From Guillardia theta CCMP2712 (Eukaryota > Protista > Cryptophyta), in NCBI RefSeq assembly GCF_000315625.1, contig NW_005434602.1:181848-245847 (forward strand): a DNA stretch of 64,000 nucleotides, given 5' to 3'. The notes beneath the pieces are model-generated. The model ran no database searches, was not told the DNA's origin, and saw only the letters and a list, made by a program, of their open reading frames with translations. This document shows, piece after piece, positions 33,300 to 42,919 of the stretch. A program made the position numbers and the translations under genes. How positions within the stretch are numbered: the first letter of the stretch is position 1; each line of letters begins with the position of its first letter.

Positions 33300-36200
33300 T
33301 CACTCGCTCAGCAGCCTCAGCATGCTTGCCGTGCTGCCAAGGTTAACCGTAGGGACAATCCTTTTAGGAGCAAGCAGCTTGACCTGTGAAAGAATCGGAT
33401 TAGTAAAGTCAGTAGAGAATGATATCATCCTCACAATTGTAGTCATCGACATCAGCAATCAGCTTCATCCATGTCATCAATGCATCATCAACATCAATGT
33501 TTATCAACATCAAGAGCATCGTCGTCGTCATCGTCATGAACATCCTTGTTCTCATCGTCATCGTAATCATTTCACCATCGATCGGATCTCCGAGAAGCTG
33601 CTGTGCTCGCTGTAAGGAACCCCGTAGATGACGAGAGGTCCTCGCTCCTGCCTGCTCACGCCCTGCCGCAACCAAGTATTACCTTCTCCGCCCTTACCAC
33701 CACCTCACCCCCCCTCCTCCCCCTCCCCCCCCTCCCCCTCCCCCTCCTCGCTCCCTCCCCTTCCAGTGACCTTCAACTCACCAGCGCCTTCTCCACACCA
33801 GAAAGCGNNNNNNNNNNNNNNNNNNNNNNNNNNNNNNNNNNNNNNNNNNNNNNNNNNNNNNNNNNNNNNNNNNNNNNNNNNNNNNNNNNNNNNNNNNNNN
33901 NNNNNNNNNNNNNNNNNNNNNNNNNNNNNNNNNNNNNNNNNNNNNNNNNNNNNNNNNNNNNNNNNNNNNNNNNNNNNNNNNNNNNNNNNNNNNNNNNNNN
34001 NNNNNNNNNNNNNNNNNNNNNNNNNNNNNNNNNNNNNNNNNNNNNNNNNNNNNNNNNNNNNNNNNNNNNNNNNNNNNNNNNNNNNNNNNNNNNNNNNNNN
34101 NNNNNNNNNNNNNNNNNNNNNNNNNNNNNNNNNNNNNNNNNNNNNNNNNNNNNNNNNNNNNNNNNNNNNNNNNNNNNNNNNNNNNNNNNNNNNNNNNNNN
34201 NNNNNNNNNNNNNNNNNNNNNNNNNNNNNNNNNNNNNNNNNNNNNNNNNNTCCTCCTCCTCCTCCTCCTCCTCCTCCTCCTCCTCCTCCTCCTCCTCCTC
34301 CTCCTCCTCCTCCTCCTCCTCCTCCTCCTCCTCCTCTTCCTCCTCCTCCTCCTCCTCCTCCTCCTCCTCTTCCCCCTCTCCCGCACGGTCCCCCAGAGAA
34401 CGTCCATCCGGTCGGTCGTATCCCGACGACAGTCTTGTACTTCCCCTTTGCCATCCCCAGGTAGGCCGACATCTGCTTGAAGTTGATGCATCCCATGGGC
34501 ACTACATGCAGCCTGGCCTCATGCGCCACCGTCGTCAGGCGCTGCTGGTCCTCCTCCTTCAGCTCGAGGCACTCGAGGACCTTCTTCTTGGCGGGATGGA
34601 CGTACAGCTTGCAGCCGCTCTCCCGCGCCGCCTGCAGGAAGACCTCCTCCTTGCCGATGGTGTAGGAGCCGACGAGGAACAAAGTCTCCCTGTTGGCAAA
34701 CGCGTTCGACTTGACCAGCTCCCCGACGAAACGAATCGCGTCCTCCTGGGCAGGGAACTCGTGCTCAGGGCTGCAGTAGGTGGTGTCGAGGAAGAGATGA
34801 TCTATCTTCCTGCTCCCAGTCGATGTGAAGGAGGACAAGACCGGGTCCTCGCTGAACTTTGGGTGGAAGCGAAAGTCTCCGGTGTGCAGGTGGCACTTGC
34901 CATCGGGAGTCTCAAAGAGGATCAGTGCCGAGCCCGGACAGTGGTTTGCAGGAAGGAAGGTGACGCGGGTCCCCTCGATGAGTAGCGGAGAGTGATAAGC
35001 CACGGCAACCAGGTGGTCCGCGCTCACTCCGATCTTCAACTTCACCAGCCTTGCAGTGACGGGCGTGCAGTAGATCTTACCTGAGTTGAACTTCTTCCTC
35101 AGCCCGGCGTAGTGATCGGCATGGAAGTGGGAGAGGATGTAGTGCTTGACAACAGAGTTCCGCACGTGGAAGTTGTCGACGGTGAAGGAGCTGGCTCCCG
35201 GCACACTGTGATGAAACGCGTTGCTACCTGTTACCCGATCTTCACTCCACATGCTCGTCTTCTTCGGCTTCTGCGCTGGAGACTTTCCCTTCTTCCCCTG
35301 CCCTCCTGCAGGGCTCTTGAGGGTCTGAGGGGGGGCTTGTGCTATCGATCCCTTGCCTCCGAAGAAGGCGAAGATCGGACGAGTGTTAGCAGCCGTCAGC
35401 TGTTGTCCACCCGCTCCTTCTCCGCCGACCTGCCTGTCATGCACGCTGTGAAGCTCCTGCTCGGGCTCGTAGCCGTGGTGGGGATCGAGAGGCGGACGCT
35501 GCGGGGAAGGGAGGGCATCGTCGTGCTTGAGAGCTTCAATGCTGTCGGCAAGCAGGAGGAAGTCTTCGTGCGAGGCGAGGTCAAGGCCCATCTCCCTACA
35601 ACGGGGTCGGATCAAGGTCAAGCTCGAAGGAGGCAGCGATACCTCAGGTCGGCTGACGTCAGCGCCCTCAGGCAGGACATGTCCGTCACGTCGTGGAGGA
35701 CGAAAGTCTGTCATGGATCGTCACAAGGCCGAAACCTGCTGCTACACTCACCTCGAAAAAGCTCTCCAACCCCAGGACTTCCAACCAATTACGAAGTTCT
35801 CCGTCCTGCCCCTGCCCCTGCCCCTGCCCCTGCCCCTGCCCCTGCCCCTGCCCCTGCTCCTGCTCCTGCCCCTGCCCCTGCCCCTGCCCCTGCCCCTGCC
35901 CCTGCCCCGCCCTCGCCCTGCCCCTGCCCCTGCCCCTGCCCCTGCCCCTGCCCCTGCCCCTGCCCCTGCCCCTGCCCCATTCGTCGGACAGGAGATTCAA
36001 ACCCGACCCCTGGCTCTTCATGCAACATTGCGCTCACTGTTCGCTGCTTCTTGACACTTGCTTGGGTCTCCTCTTGTTCTGGAGATGCTGGGGGGTTCAC
36101 GGGAGGAGAGAGCTGGTTGAGATCCCCTGGACTGGGCAAGGAGGGAGCATCAATACAGTTGTTGACGTGCTGATTGCGATCTTCTAAGGATATATCCTCC

Positions 36201-36469
36201 CAGCTCTGATTGCAGATGAAGCAGGTCCATGACGAATCCAGCCTGAAATCATCATGCTTCCGGACATCGCACGGTGAACCAATGCTTGAGCTGTTCTGTC
36301 CACATGCATGAGGAGGCTGGCAAGGAGAAGCTGACGCTGTGCCACTGTTCGGAGACGATGCAGTCTCCGTCCGTCGCTTCCCGAGGCTCAGCCTTCGTTT
36401 GTGTCCCAAGCTTGAGTTGGTCACATTGGCAAGAGGACGGCGTTGAAAAATATCGCATTCGCTCTCCAT
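33300..36469 (-). CDS. SNM1: SNM1A/PSO2-like DNA cross-link repair nuclease (UBZ finger + SAM + metallo-beta-lactamase/beta-CASP)
   Basis: WTCFICNQ...RNQHVNNCID. SAM-like WLEVLGLESFFE...LRALTSADLREMGL. FTVDNF, HYILSHFHADHYAGL, ANHCPGS, HTGDFR, LDTTYC, GSYTIGKE, RPTGW, VPYSEHSSFSE, IVPTVN. Spans a gap, with an apparent frameshift in the GQ repeat. Confidence 0.9.
33808..34370. repeat. Assembly gap (33808-34250) followed by (CCT)n microsatellite within an SNM1 intron
   Basis: Directly seen. Confidence 0.97.
35805..35978 (-). repeat. (CCCCTG)n / (CAGGGG)n hexamer array encoding a GQ repeat in SNM1
   Basis: Directly seen. Interrupted around 35907-35916. Confidence 0.95.
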
Positions 36470-36752
36470 GGCTACTGCAGATGATCCCCACACTGATGAG
36501 ACAACAAGTCCGACCAGAAGAGGAAGAATGATGTGAAGCTGCGAGAGGAAACTAGGCCAAGCGGATGAACTGCAGAGAAGCAGCAGAGATACAGGGAAGA
36601 CAAGAGAAGGACAGAGTAACTTCAAGATGGGAAGACAAGGATATGCGTCCTCCACATGAACTCTCGATCACCGCAGCAGCATTCCACCTTCCCTTCCCTC
36701 CATTTCCTTTCAAAGCATCAAATGTTTACTCATCAAAGGGAGTCCCTAGTAG

Positions 36753-36767
36753 TTAACTTTGAGTAAA
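36753..36767 (+). repeat. Dispersed motif, partial copy D (TTAACTTTGAGTAAA)
   Basis: 15-bp exact 3' part of the motif. An inverted TTTACTCA lies at 36725-36732. Confidence 0.75.
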
Positions 36768-36939
36768 AGCCCTAGTAGTCTGGCTCAGTGACCCGTTGCC
36801 TCGGAGTTGGTCCTGCTTCGGGCTTTCCCCCGGTGCCGGGCCGCCGGGCTCGGAGGTACAAGTCCGAGCAGTGACAGATAGGGCCGTTAGAAGATAGCGA
36901 GCCGTGACGGGAATCTCAAGGTTATGGAGACATACAAGG

Positions 36940-36970
36940 GTACTGATTTTTAACTTAACTTTGAGTAAAG
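36940..36970 (+). repeat. Dispersed motif copy B (GTACTGATTTTTAACTTAACTTTGAGTAAAG)
   Basis: 31/31 identical to the 3' part of copies A and C. Confidence 0.95.
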
Positions 36971-38068
36971 GACCAGAAGGATGACGACGTGCGAGTGGGA
37001 GACATTTTCACAGTCGAAAGGGGGTAGGGTGGATATATTTAGATGGTGGGGGGTGCTTTGTGGTCTGCACGTTCTAGGCAAATCCAAACGAAATGGGGGG
37101 GGTATTACGGAGTCCTTTCGTCTTATGGGTGGGGTACTTTCTCGAAATCTTAGGGGTGGTGTTGAGAATATAATTCATTATTATCTTTTAGGATAATTAT
37201 TAATAATGATCACGAGGAAAGAGTCAAAAGTAGCTTTTATAGTACTGGATTCTCCTCTATGCCCCCCACTCTGCTATGACCATGCTATGACTTTTGTCGC
37301 AGATATAAGAGATAGCCTACAATAAAATATTTTAACAACACTAATAATAGATTTCGGGAAAGTGCTACAGGGGTGGGGGTGGGTGTACATGTTCTTTGAA
37401 GGGTAGGGCGGTGCTGTAACCGATCATACTTTCTCATTACTAGGGTAGTGGAGGTTATGGGAGAGACGAGGGGTACAGAAGGATCCTTCTGTTAACTTGG
37501 GGTCACTAGAGAGCAACGAGGGTAGGTAGTCACAAGAAATATAAAATGCCCTTGTATGGCTGGGGTATGTAAAGGAGGGCCACCGAAGTAATAAAAAATG
37601 TGATGCTCGGGGGTGGGGTGGGGGTGGGGGTACTATCTGTCGGAACAGATACCGGTGGATTGAAAGTGTCTTATAAAACCACGGGTCCTCACTAGCCTCT
37701 TTTTATTCGAAAGGGGTTGGAATAGCCTGGGTAGGGTACCATGAGAACTGTGCAGTTTGCAGAGGAGGGGTGGGGGGTTGTTGAAGGAAAATGGAGGGCG
37801 AAGAGGGCCAGAATGTCAGACGAGGTTGTAAGGGACGAGGGGAGATGGTCTTTGATGAAGCGAGAGGAGGGGACAACAGTAAGATATGATGCCTTGAGGT
37901 AGACACGAGAAAACGATTGGACACAAAGGACCAAACGGAAGGCGGTTCAAGAAGAAAACTCCAAACAGGGCTATAAACAAAAGGCACAAACAAAAGTGAG
38001 GGATTGTTAAGAAAGAGGAGGGAGTTACAGGAATAGAGGTAAGGTAGTTCAAGTAAGCTGCTGAGAAC

Positions 38069-39975
38069 ATGTCTGGATCTAGTGGAAACTTTAAATGGTG
38101 CGGAGGGGCCGTCATTCGACTTTTCAAGCGACTCTCATCGCAAGACATTAGCTTAGACATCCGCATGCAACGGCGGGAAAGAGAACTGCACAGAGCTCAT
38201 GATGCATCAGCCTTCTTCTGCGCAAGACCTCTTCAGGCAGCACTTGGTCGAGCTCCGCTTCTCATGATCCTGGCCATGTTGTCTTCCATGTATTTTTCTA
38301 TTTGCCTGAGGTGGATACAAATTTTGAAGGTGAATGGGATAAGAAGTTTCCGTTATTACCGATTTTCAGTGGAAGGGATTCGATCACGAGGAAACTCGAC
38401 GTATGCTCACGCACAAACCTTTGGAATTCTCAAGGACGGAGTCGACGTCAGGAATTCACTGTGGCAAAAGTCGGTGAGGCACAACATGACATGGCAACCG
38501 GATGGTAGCATCCTCCTCTCCTTCGAGCAACCTGTACAAGCAAATGGCTTCTACTTCATGACAGAATCCACAAATCCGGAGCTAGATCCCGTGCTGTTCC
38601 ATGTTACCGCATCGGATGACCGGTTGCGATGGGAAACCTTTGGGTCCTCGTCGTTCTCCTTCGACTGGTTGATTTCATATCACGACACCAGGAGGATTTT
38701 CATTCTTTCTGATGAAAGTTACCCAACAACCTTCATGAGAAACGAAGTCGAAGTCTTTGACATGAGTGCTCCGCGTCTGAAAACTTGCCTGTTGATAACT
38801 ATCAATCTCATCAGAACATTCACGTTCGGTCTTCCAGCCTTTCTTGGACTCTCAAAACAAGAGTTTGTTGCCAAAAGAGTGCTGCAGAGTGGAATGATCA
38901 TTGCAGGGTGTGTCAAGACTGTACTTGCTATCTACGATCCATACAACCGTGGCTCGATCTTGCTTCACATCATCCTCACGGTGTTCATGGCGCTGAGCAT
39001 CCAGCTGTTCGATGATGATCGAACTTTCTGGGGAAGTCTCTTGGTATTGTACAGTGCTTGGGCGATCATCGGGATGAGGCTTGCGAACAATGTGAACATC
39101 ATTTATGCTGTTTCAGTTTGCTCTGTGAGCGCGTTGATCTTGGTCTACCGTAGCCGGATCGCAGCGGAAATACGCAAGCTTGCCCTCACAGACAAGAACG
39201 CTTATGATTCAGCTTGGCTTTCCATGAGCAGTTTGAGTGAGAATGCACGCCTCATCGACCTGTTGAGGGAGGAGCTAAATGAGTTTCCGATTCCCCTCCG
39301 GAGTGAAGCCAGGCACTACGAAGAGTGTACCTGTAGAATGGGGCTTGGATCAGAATCAAGTTTTTCTGACGAGAGAGGAACACCGAAGGGATCTTGCTAT
39401 CAACAATTGAAAAGGTGGTGTCGTTTAAGATCGCCCGTAAGCTCGCTGGACCGCCTGTACGCGCAGGCTGCTTGTGTGCAATGCCTTCTGCATGACAAGA
39501 TTAGCCAGTGGGTCGATCAGCTCGCTGATTCTGACGGCCTGACATCAGAAGAGAGCCAGGCGGCCTGCTCCTGGCAGGGGCAACCCTCAAGTCTTCTGAG
39601 CAAGCCATAGAGAAAGCACTTCGTTGCTACAAAGGAGATGGCTCTCGCGTCGTTGACATTTGCCGCCAGAGGCTCGTGGTGGATTCCATGGACCATCTGT
39701 TGAAACTGGTTCAGCTTATCAAAGATGATGATGCACTGCACATCGTGAGGGTGAAGGATAGGATGACGCTTCCCTTCAACCATCCCAGCATGCAAGAAAG
39801 CTGTGGTTTCAGAGCCGTGCTCTTGAACTTTCATTTCCTCACAGATGAAGCCTTGTCCTTCGGGCTGGCAGGGCACATTTGTGAAGTACAGCTAACGTTG
39901 AAGGAATTCGCTGCGCTCTGTTCAGCTGAATCGCACCAACGCTACAAGCGCTATAGATACTTGATCCGACACTGA
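38069..39975 (+). CDS. Multi-pass membrane protein with discoidin/F5-8-like outer domain and C-terminal RelA/SpoT-like nucleotidyltransferase domain
   Basis: TM1 APLLMILAMLSSMYFSICL. Outer domain RYYRFSV...LSFEQPVQANGFYF...DPVLFHVTASDD..W. Five more hydrophobic segments, then LKSSEQAIEK..RCY, VVDICRQR, GFRAVLLN, HICEVQL, HQRYK. Frame change near 39510-39580 (possible intron 39508-39548). Start may be 38165. Confidence 0.7.
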
Positions 39976-40658
39976 TGACATCACGTTCAGCCTTGTGCAA
40001 AAGGATGTGCCATGGTACAGGATCAAATTGAAGCCTGGAGGACGACCAGCTCACTACGGGAGAAGCTAGGCGAAAGGGGTCAAGCAGGATTCTCCTCTGC
40101 ACAAATAAGCATGAACCGACCATCAACTGCGTCTCAGATTGGTGTTCGCGTGATGATGCATCGAGATTACCGTAAGGTCGCAAACACTAATCGTTGGAAG
40201 ATTGCACGTCGAATTCGCTCTAGGCACACATGGATCGTACCGTGGTACAGCATGGAAGGAATGAAGGCTATCCGGCTAAAGCAAACGGAGGAGTTCAGAG
40301 CCTGAGGTTTCTTTCCATACGAGTCTTGACTCAGGCACGCGGCCTGTGCAGTTGACAGTGATTGCCAGTAGCCGATTCTAAGTTTACACTACCGTTTGGA
40401 TCAAGCGCTGCCACTAACATTGTCATCACACCAATTCTGATTAAGTTAGTAGCTAGTAAATGTTCGATCAAGTCATTAGTGATTCGTATCGGACACTGGC
40501 CGCTTAGGCTGCCGCTGCTTGAACCGTTTGGCATGCTGAACTTCTTGATGCTATAACATCTCAGCGGGCACTGGCCGGCCAGTGTACTCAGCGACGGCGT
40601 GCCGGGCGGTGTAAGTTATTAGACCTTCACTTTACCGTCGAGGCACCATTACTAATAC

Positions 40659-40698
40659 ATTGTCCTCGTACTGATTTTTAACTTAACTTTGAGTAAAG
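40659..40698 (+). repeat. Dispersed 40-bp motif copy C
   Basis: 40/40 identical to 12719-12758. Confidence 0.95.
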
Positions 40699-41259
40699 AA
40701 TAGAAGCTTCGAGCAGAACAAATTTTATTAATTGTAAAACTAAGAAAAAAATCTCAACCGAGTCCGGAAGGGATGATACCCAGCCGCCTTTTTGATGTGG
40801 GTGGGTGGGGGTTACTAGAATTTGTTTGACTACCCCCTCTTTTGATAATGAGTTGGGGGGTGTACCATGGGTGCACGGGGTTTGATTTGCAGGAACAGAA
40901 GGTGCTATTCTTGGATGGTGGGGTAGTGGTATCACGGGCCGGATTGAAAGGGTTGGGTAGGGTCATGAGGAGGAATATTGGGGGTAGTATGGTTTAAGAC
41001 TGCTCACGTGAGGGGGTGGGGTGAGGGGGGGTTACTGAGCTGTAAAGAAATCTGCGAGCAGCGGAGCGGGGGACGGAGGGTGACAGGGAAGAGGGAAACG
41101 AGGAGACGGGAGAGCGAAGAAGAGAGTGAAAGTGAAGCAAGAAGACATATAAACTTCAACTATCACATCCAAAGAGATTTTTTTGCAGAACAGGTGTGAT
41201 ATACTGGCTGGCTGGGCTAAAAGAAGTTGCCGCGATTCGTAATTCGAAATTTCGGATTG

Positions 41260-42315
41260 ATGTCCCTTCATCTTTCAAGTGCTCTGAGATGGTGCCTGCT
41301 GTTTGCCTCGTGGTTCTTCGATCTTTGTCAATGTTTTAGCTTTCCATGCAAGACTCATATGAGGCATAATGCACCCCCTCTTGTGGTGATGAAAAAATCA
41401 GTCTCTTCGAATCAACATGTCAAAACAAGGACTGCTGGCGGCTTCGGCAAAACAGCATCGAGCTCGAAGTCAATTGGATCGAAAAGGAGCATATTGCCAT
41501 CGGAAGACTTAGCCCAACGCCTGCTCTTGGAAAGCAATGGGAATGTCGCCCATGCACAATCCAAGTTTTTCAATCAGAAGATCATCGAGATGAAGAACAG
41601 CGAGCCCCAGCTTTATTCTGAGATGCAGAGCTTGGGCTCCAAATCATCGAATGCAGAGAGTGGAAGTGAATCATCGGCCCAACTCCGCGAGCGTCTTGTG
41701 GAGATAACGTGGGATACGGTTGCCGCTTTCCTGCCCAAGGCTGGCGGAACTGTAGACTCTGTTCTCGAAAGGAAGATGATAGCGATTGCACAATCCTGTT
41801 TGCACAGACCGGAATGCAGTCTTCTGGATGTGGGGTGTGGCACGGGCTCTGTTTTGAAGTTTCTTGATGATTGCGAACATGCAGCGGGTGAGTATCATGG
41901 GATTGACATAAGCGGCAATATGATTGAATCAGCCAAATCCCAACATCCAGGAGTTTTGTTCGAGAAAGCGAACTTTTTGCAACTACCTGTTGGAGAAGGA
42001 TGCAAGAAGTATGATACCATCTTGTTCAATGGTTCTATACAGTTCTTTGTCAACCAACAGGAGGTCATCAGGCATGCAAAGAGTCTCCTGCATCCAGCAG
42101 GTCGAATCGTGATCACTCATGCTAACGGAGAAGAGTTTGTGAGGCAGGAGCAAGCCGGAAACCGCTTCCTCGTTCCCTCCCTTCTGCCCTCCACCGATTT
42201 TCTGGAGGAGATTGCAATCAAAAATGGTCTCGTGGTCATGGAGAGGGATGGAACAGATTCTTCGCTGAATGATCCAGCAAGTTTCTACTTGCAGGTGCTC
42301 GCTGATTCCGAGTAG
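41260..42315 (+). CDS. Class I SAM-dependent methyltransferase, probably plastid-targeted, intronless
   Basis: LLDVGCGTG, YHGIDISGNMI, YDTILFN, LLHPAGRIVI motifs. N-terminus MSLHLSSALRWCLLFASWFFDLCQC-FSF followed by an S/K-rich transit-like segment. Confidence 0.85.
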   Translation: MSLHLSSALRWCLLFASWFFDLCQCFSFPCKTHMRHNAPPLVVMKKSVSSNQHVKTRTAGGFGKTASSSKSIGSKRSILPSEDLAQRLLLESNGNVAHAQSKFFNQKIIEMKNSEPQLYSEMQSLGSKSSNAESGSESSAQLRERLVEITWDTVAAFLPKAGGTVDSVLERKMIAIAQSCLHRPECSLLDVGCGTGSVLKFLDDCEHAAGEYHGIDISGNMIESAKSQHPGVLFEKANFLQLPVGEGCKKYDTILFNGSIQFFVNQQEVIRHAKSLLHPAGRIVITHANGEEFVRQEQAGNRFLVPSLLPSTDFLEEIAIKNGLVVMERDGTDSSLNDPASFYLQVLADSE

Positions 42316-42919
42316 AAAATTGTTTTTCACGAGCATTTTTCTGGTATTTTGTATGTATCTGATCCTTTAACTTGTTTTTGTAATTTGCTTATTTCCGTTC
42401 TTACCAAGTTTCATTGAAATACTTTCAATAGCTTCACTTGTTTGGTTAAGATCTTGTTTCGTTCTTCACGAGCAGTTCTCCCAGCATGAGTGAATAAGAG
42501 TGAGAGTGGGGGAGGGGGGAGGTGAGGAGGGGCAAGCTCCTTCCCTCTGACGTTGCTGCAAAGATCGGCCGTCCGCTTGCTCCGGTGCCGCCTTTTTGTC
42601 CGTCGTCTGCAACATTTCTGCAACCGTGCGTGACTGAACACGATCCTAGTACAAATTACCCCAACGCGGGTTTCGGCCTTTCGGATCCCAGAGGAAGAAC
42701 TTTAGACGGGCCACAGCCTTTCGGGTGTGAAAATTTAGTAGATTCGACCATGAACTTTAGTGGGGCCAAAAAGAACTATTGAGGAAACACGGCTTCTGCG
42801 TCGTAGGGCCAGGGAGGGCCGGAGCAAGACGACGAAAGGGAGGAAGAGGAGGAGGGGTACAGTACAACAGGAGATGCAAGGACCTTTCTAGTTGGCAACA
42901 AGGCTGAAGGCAAGCTCAC

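Noticed and set aside
40012-40305. 97-aa ORF downstream of the RSH-like gene as a partner/antitoxin
   Set aside because: No recognisable domain or coding signal. Probably 3' UTR or intergenic.
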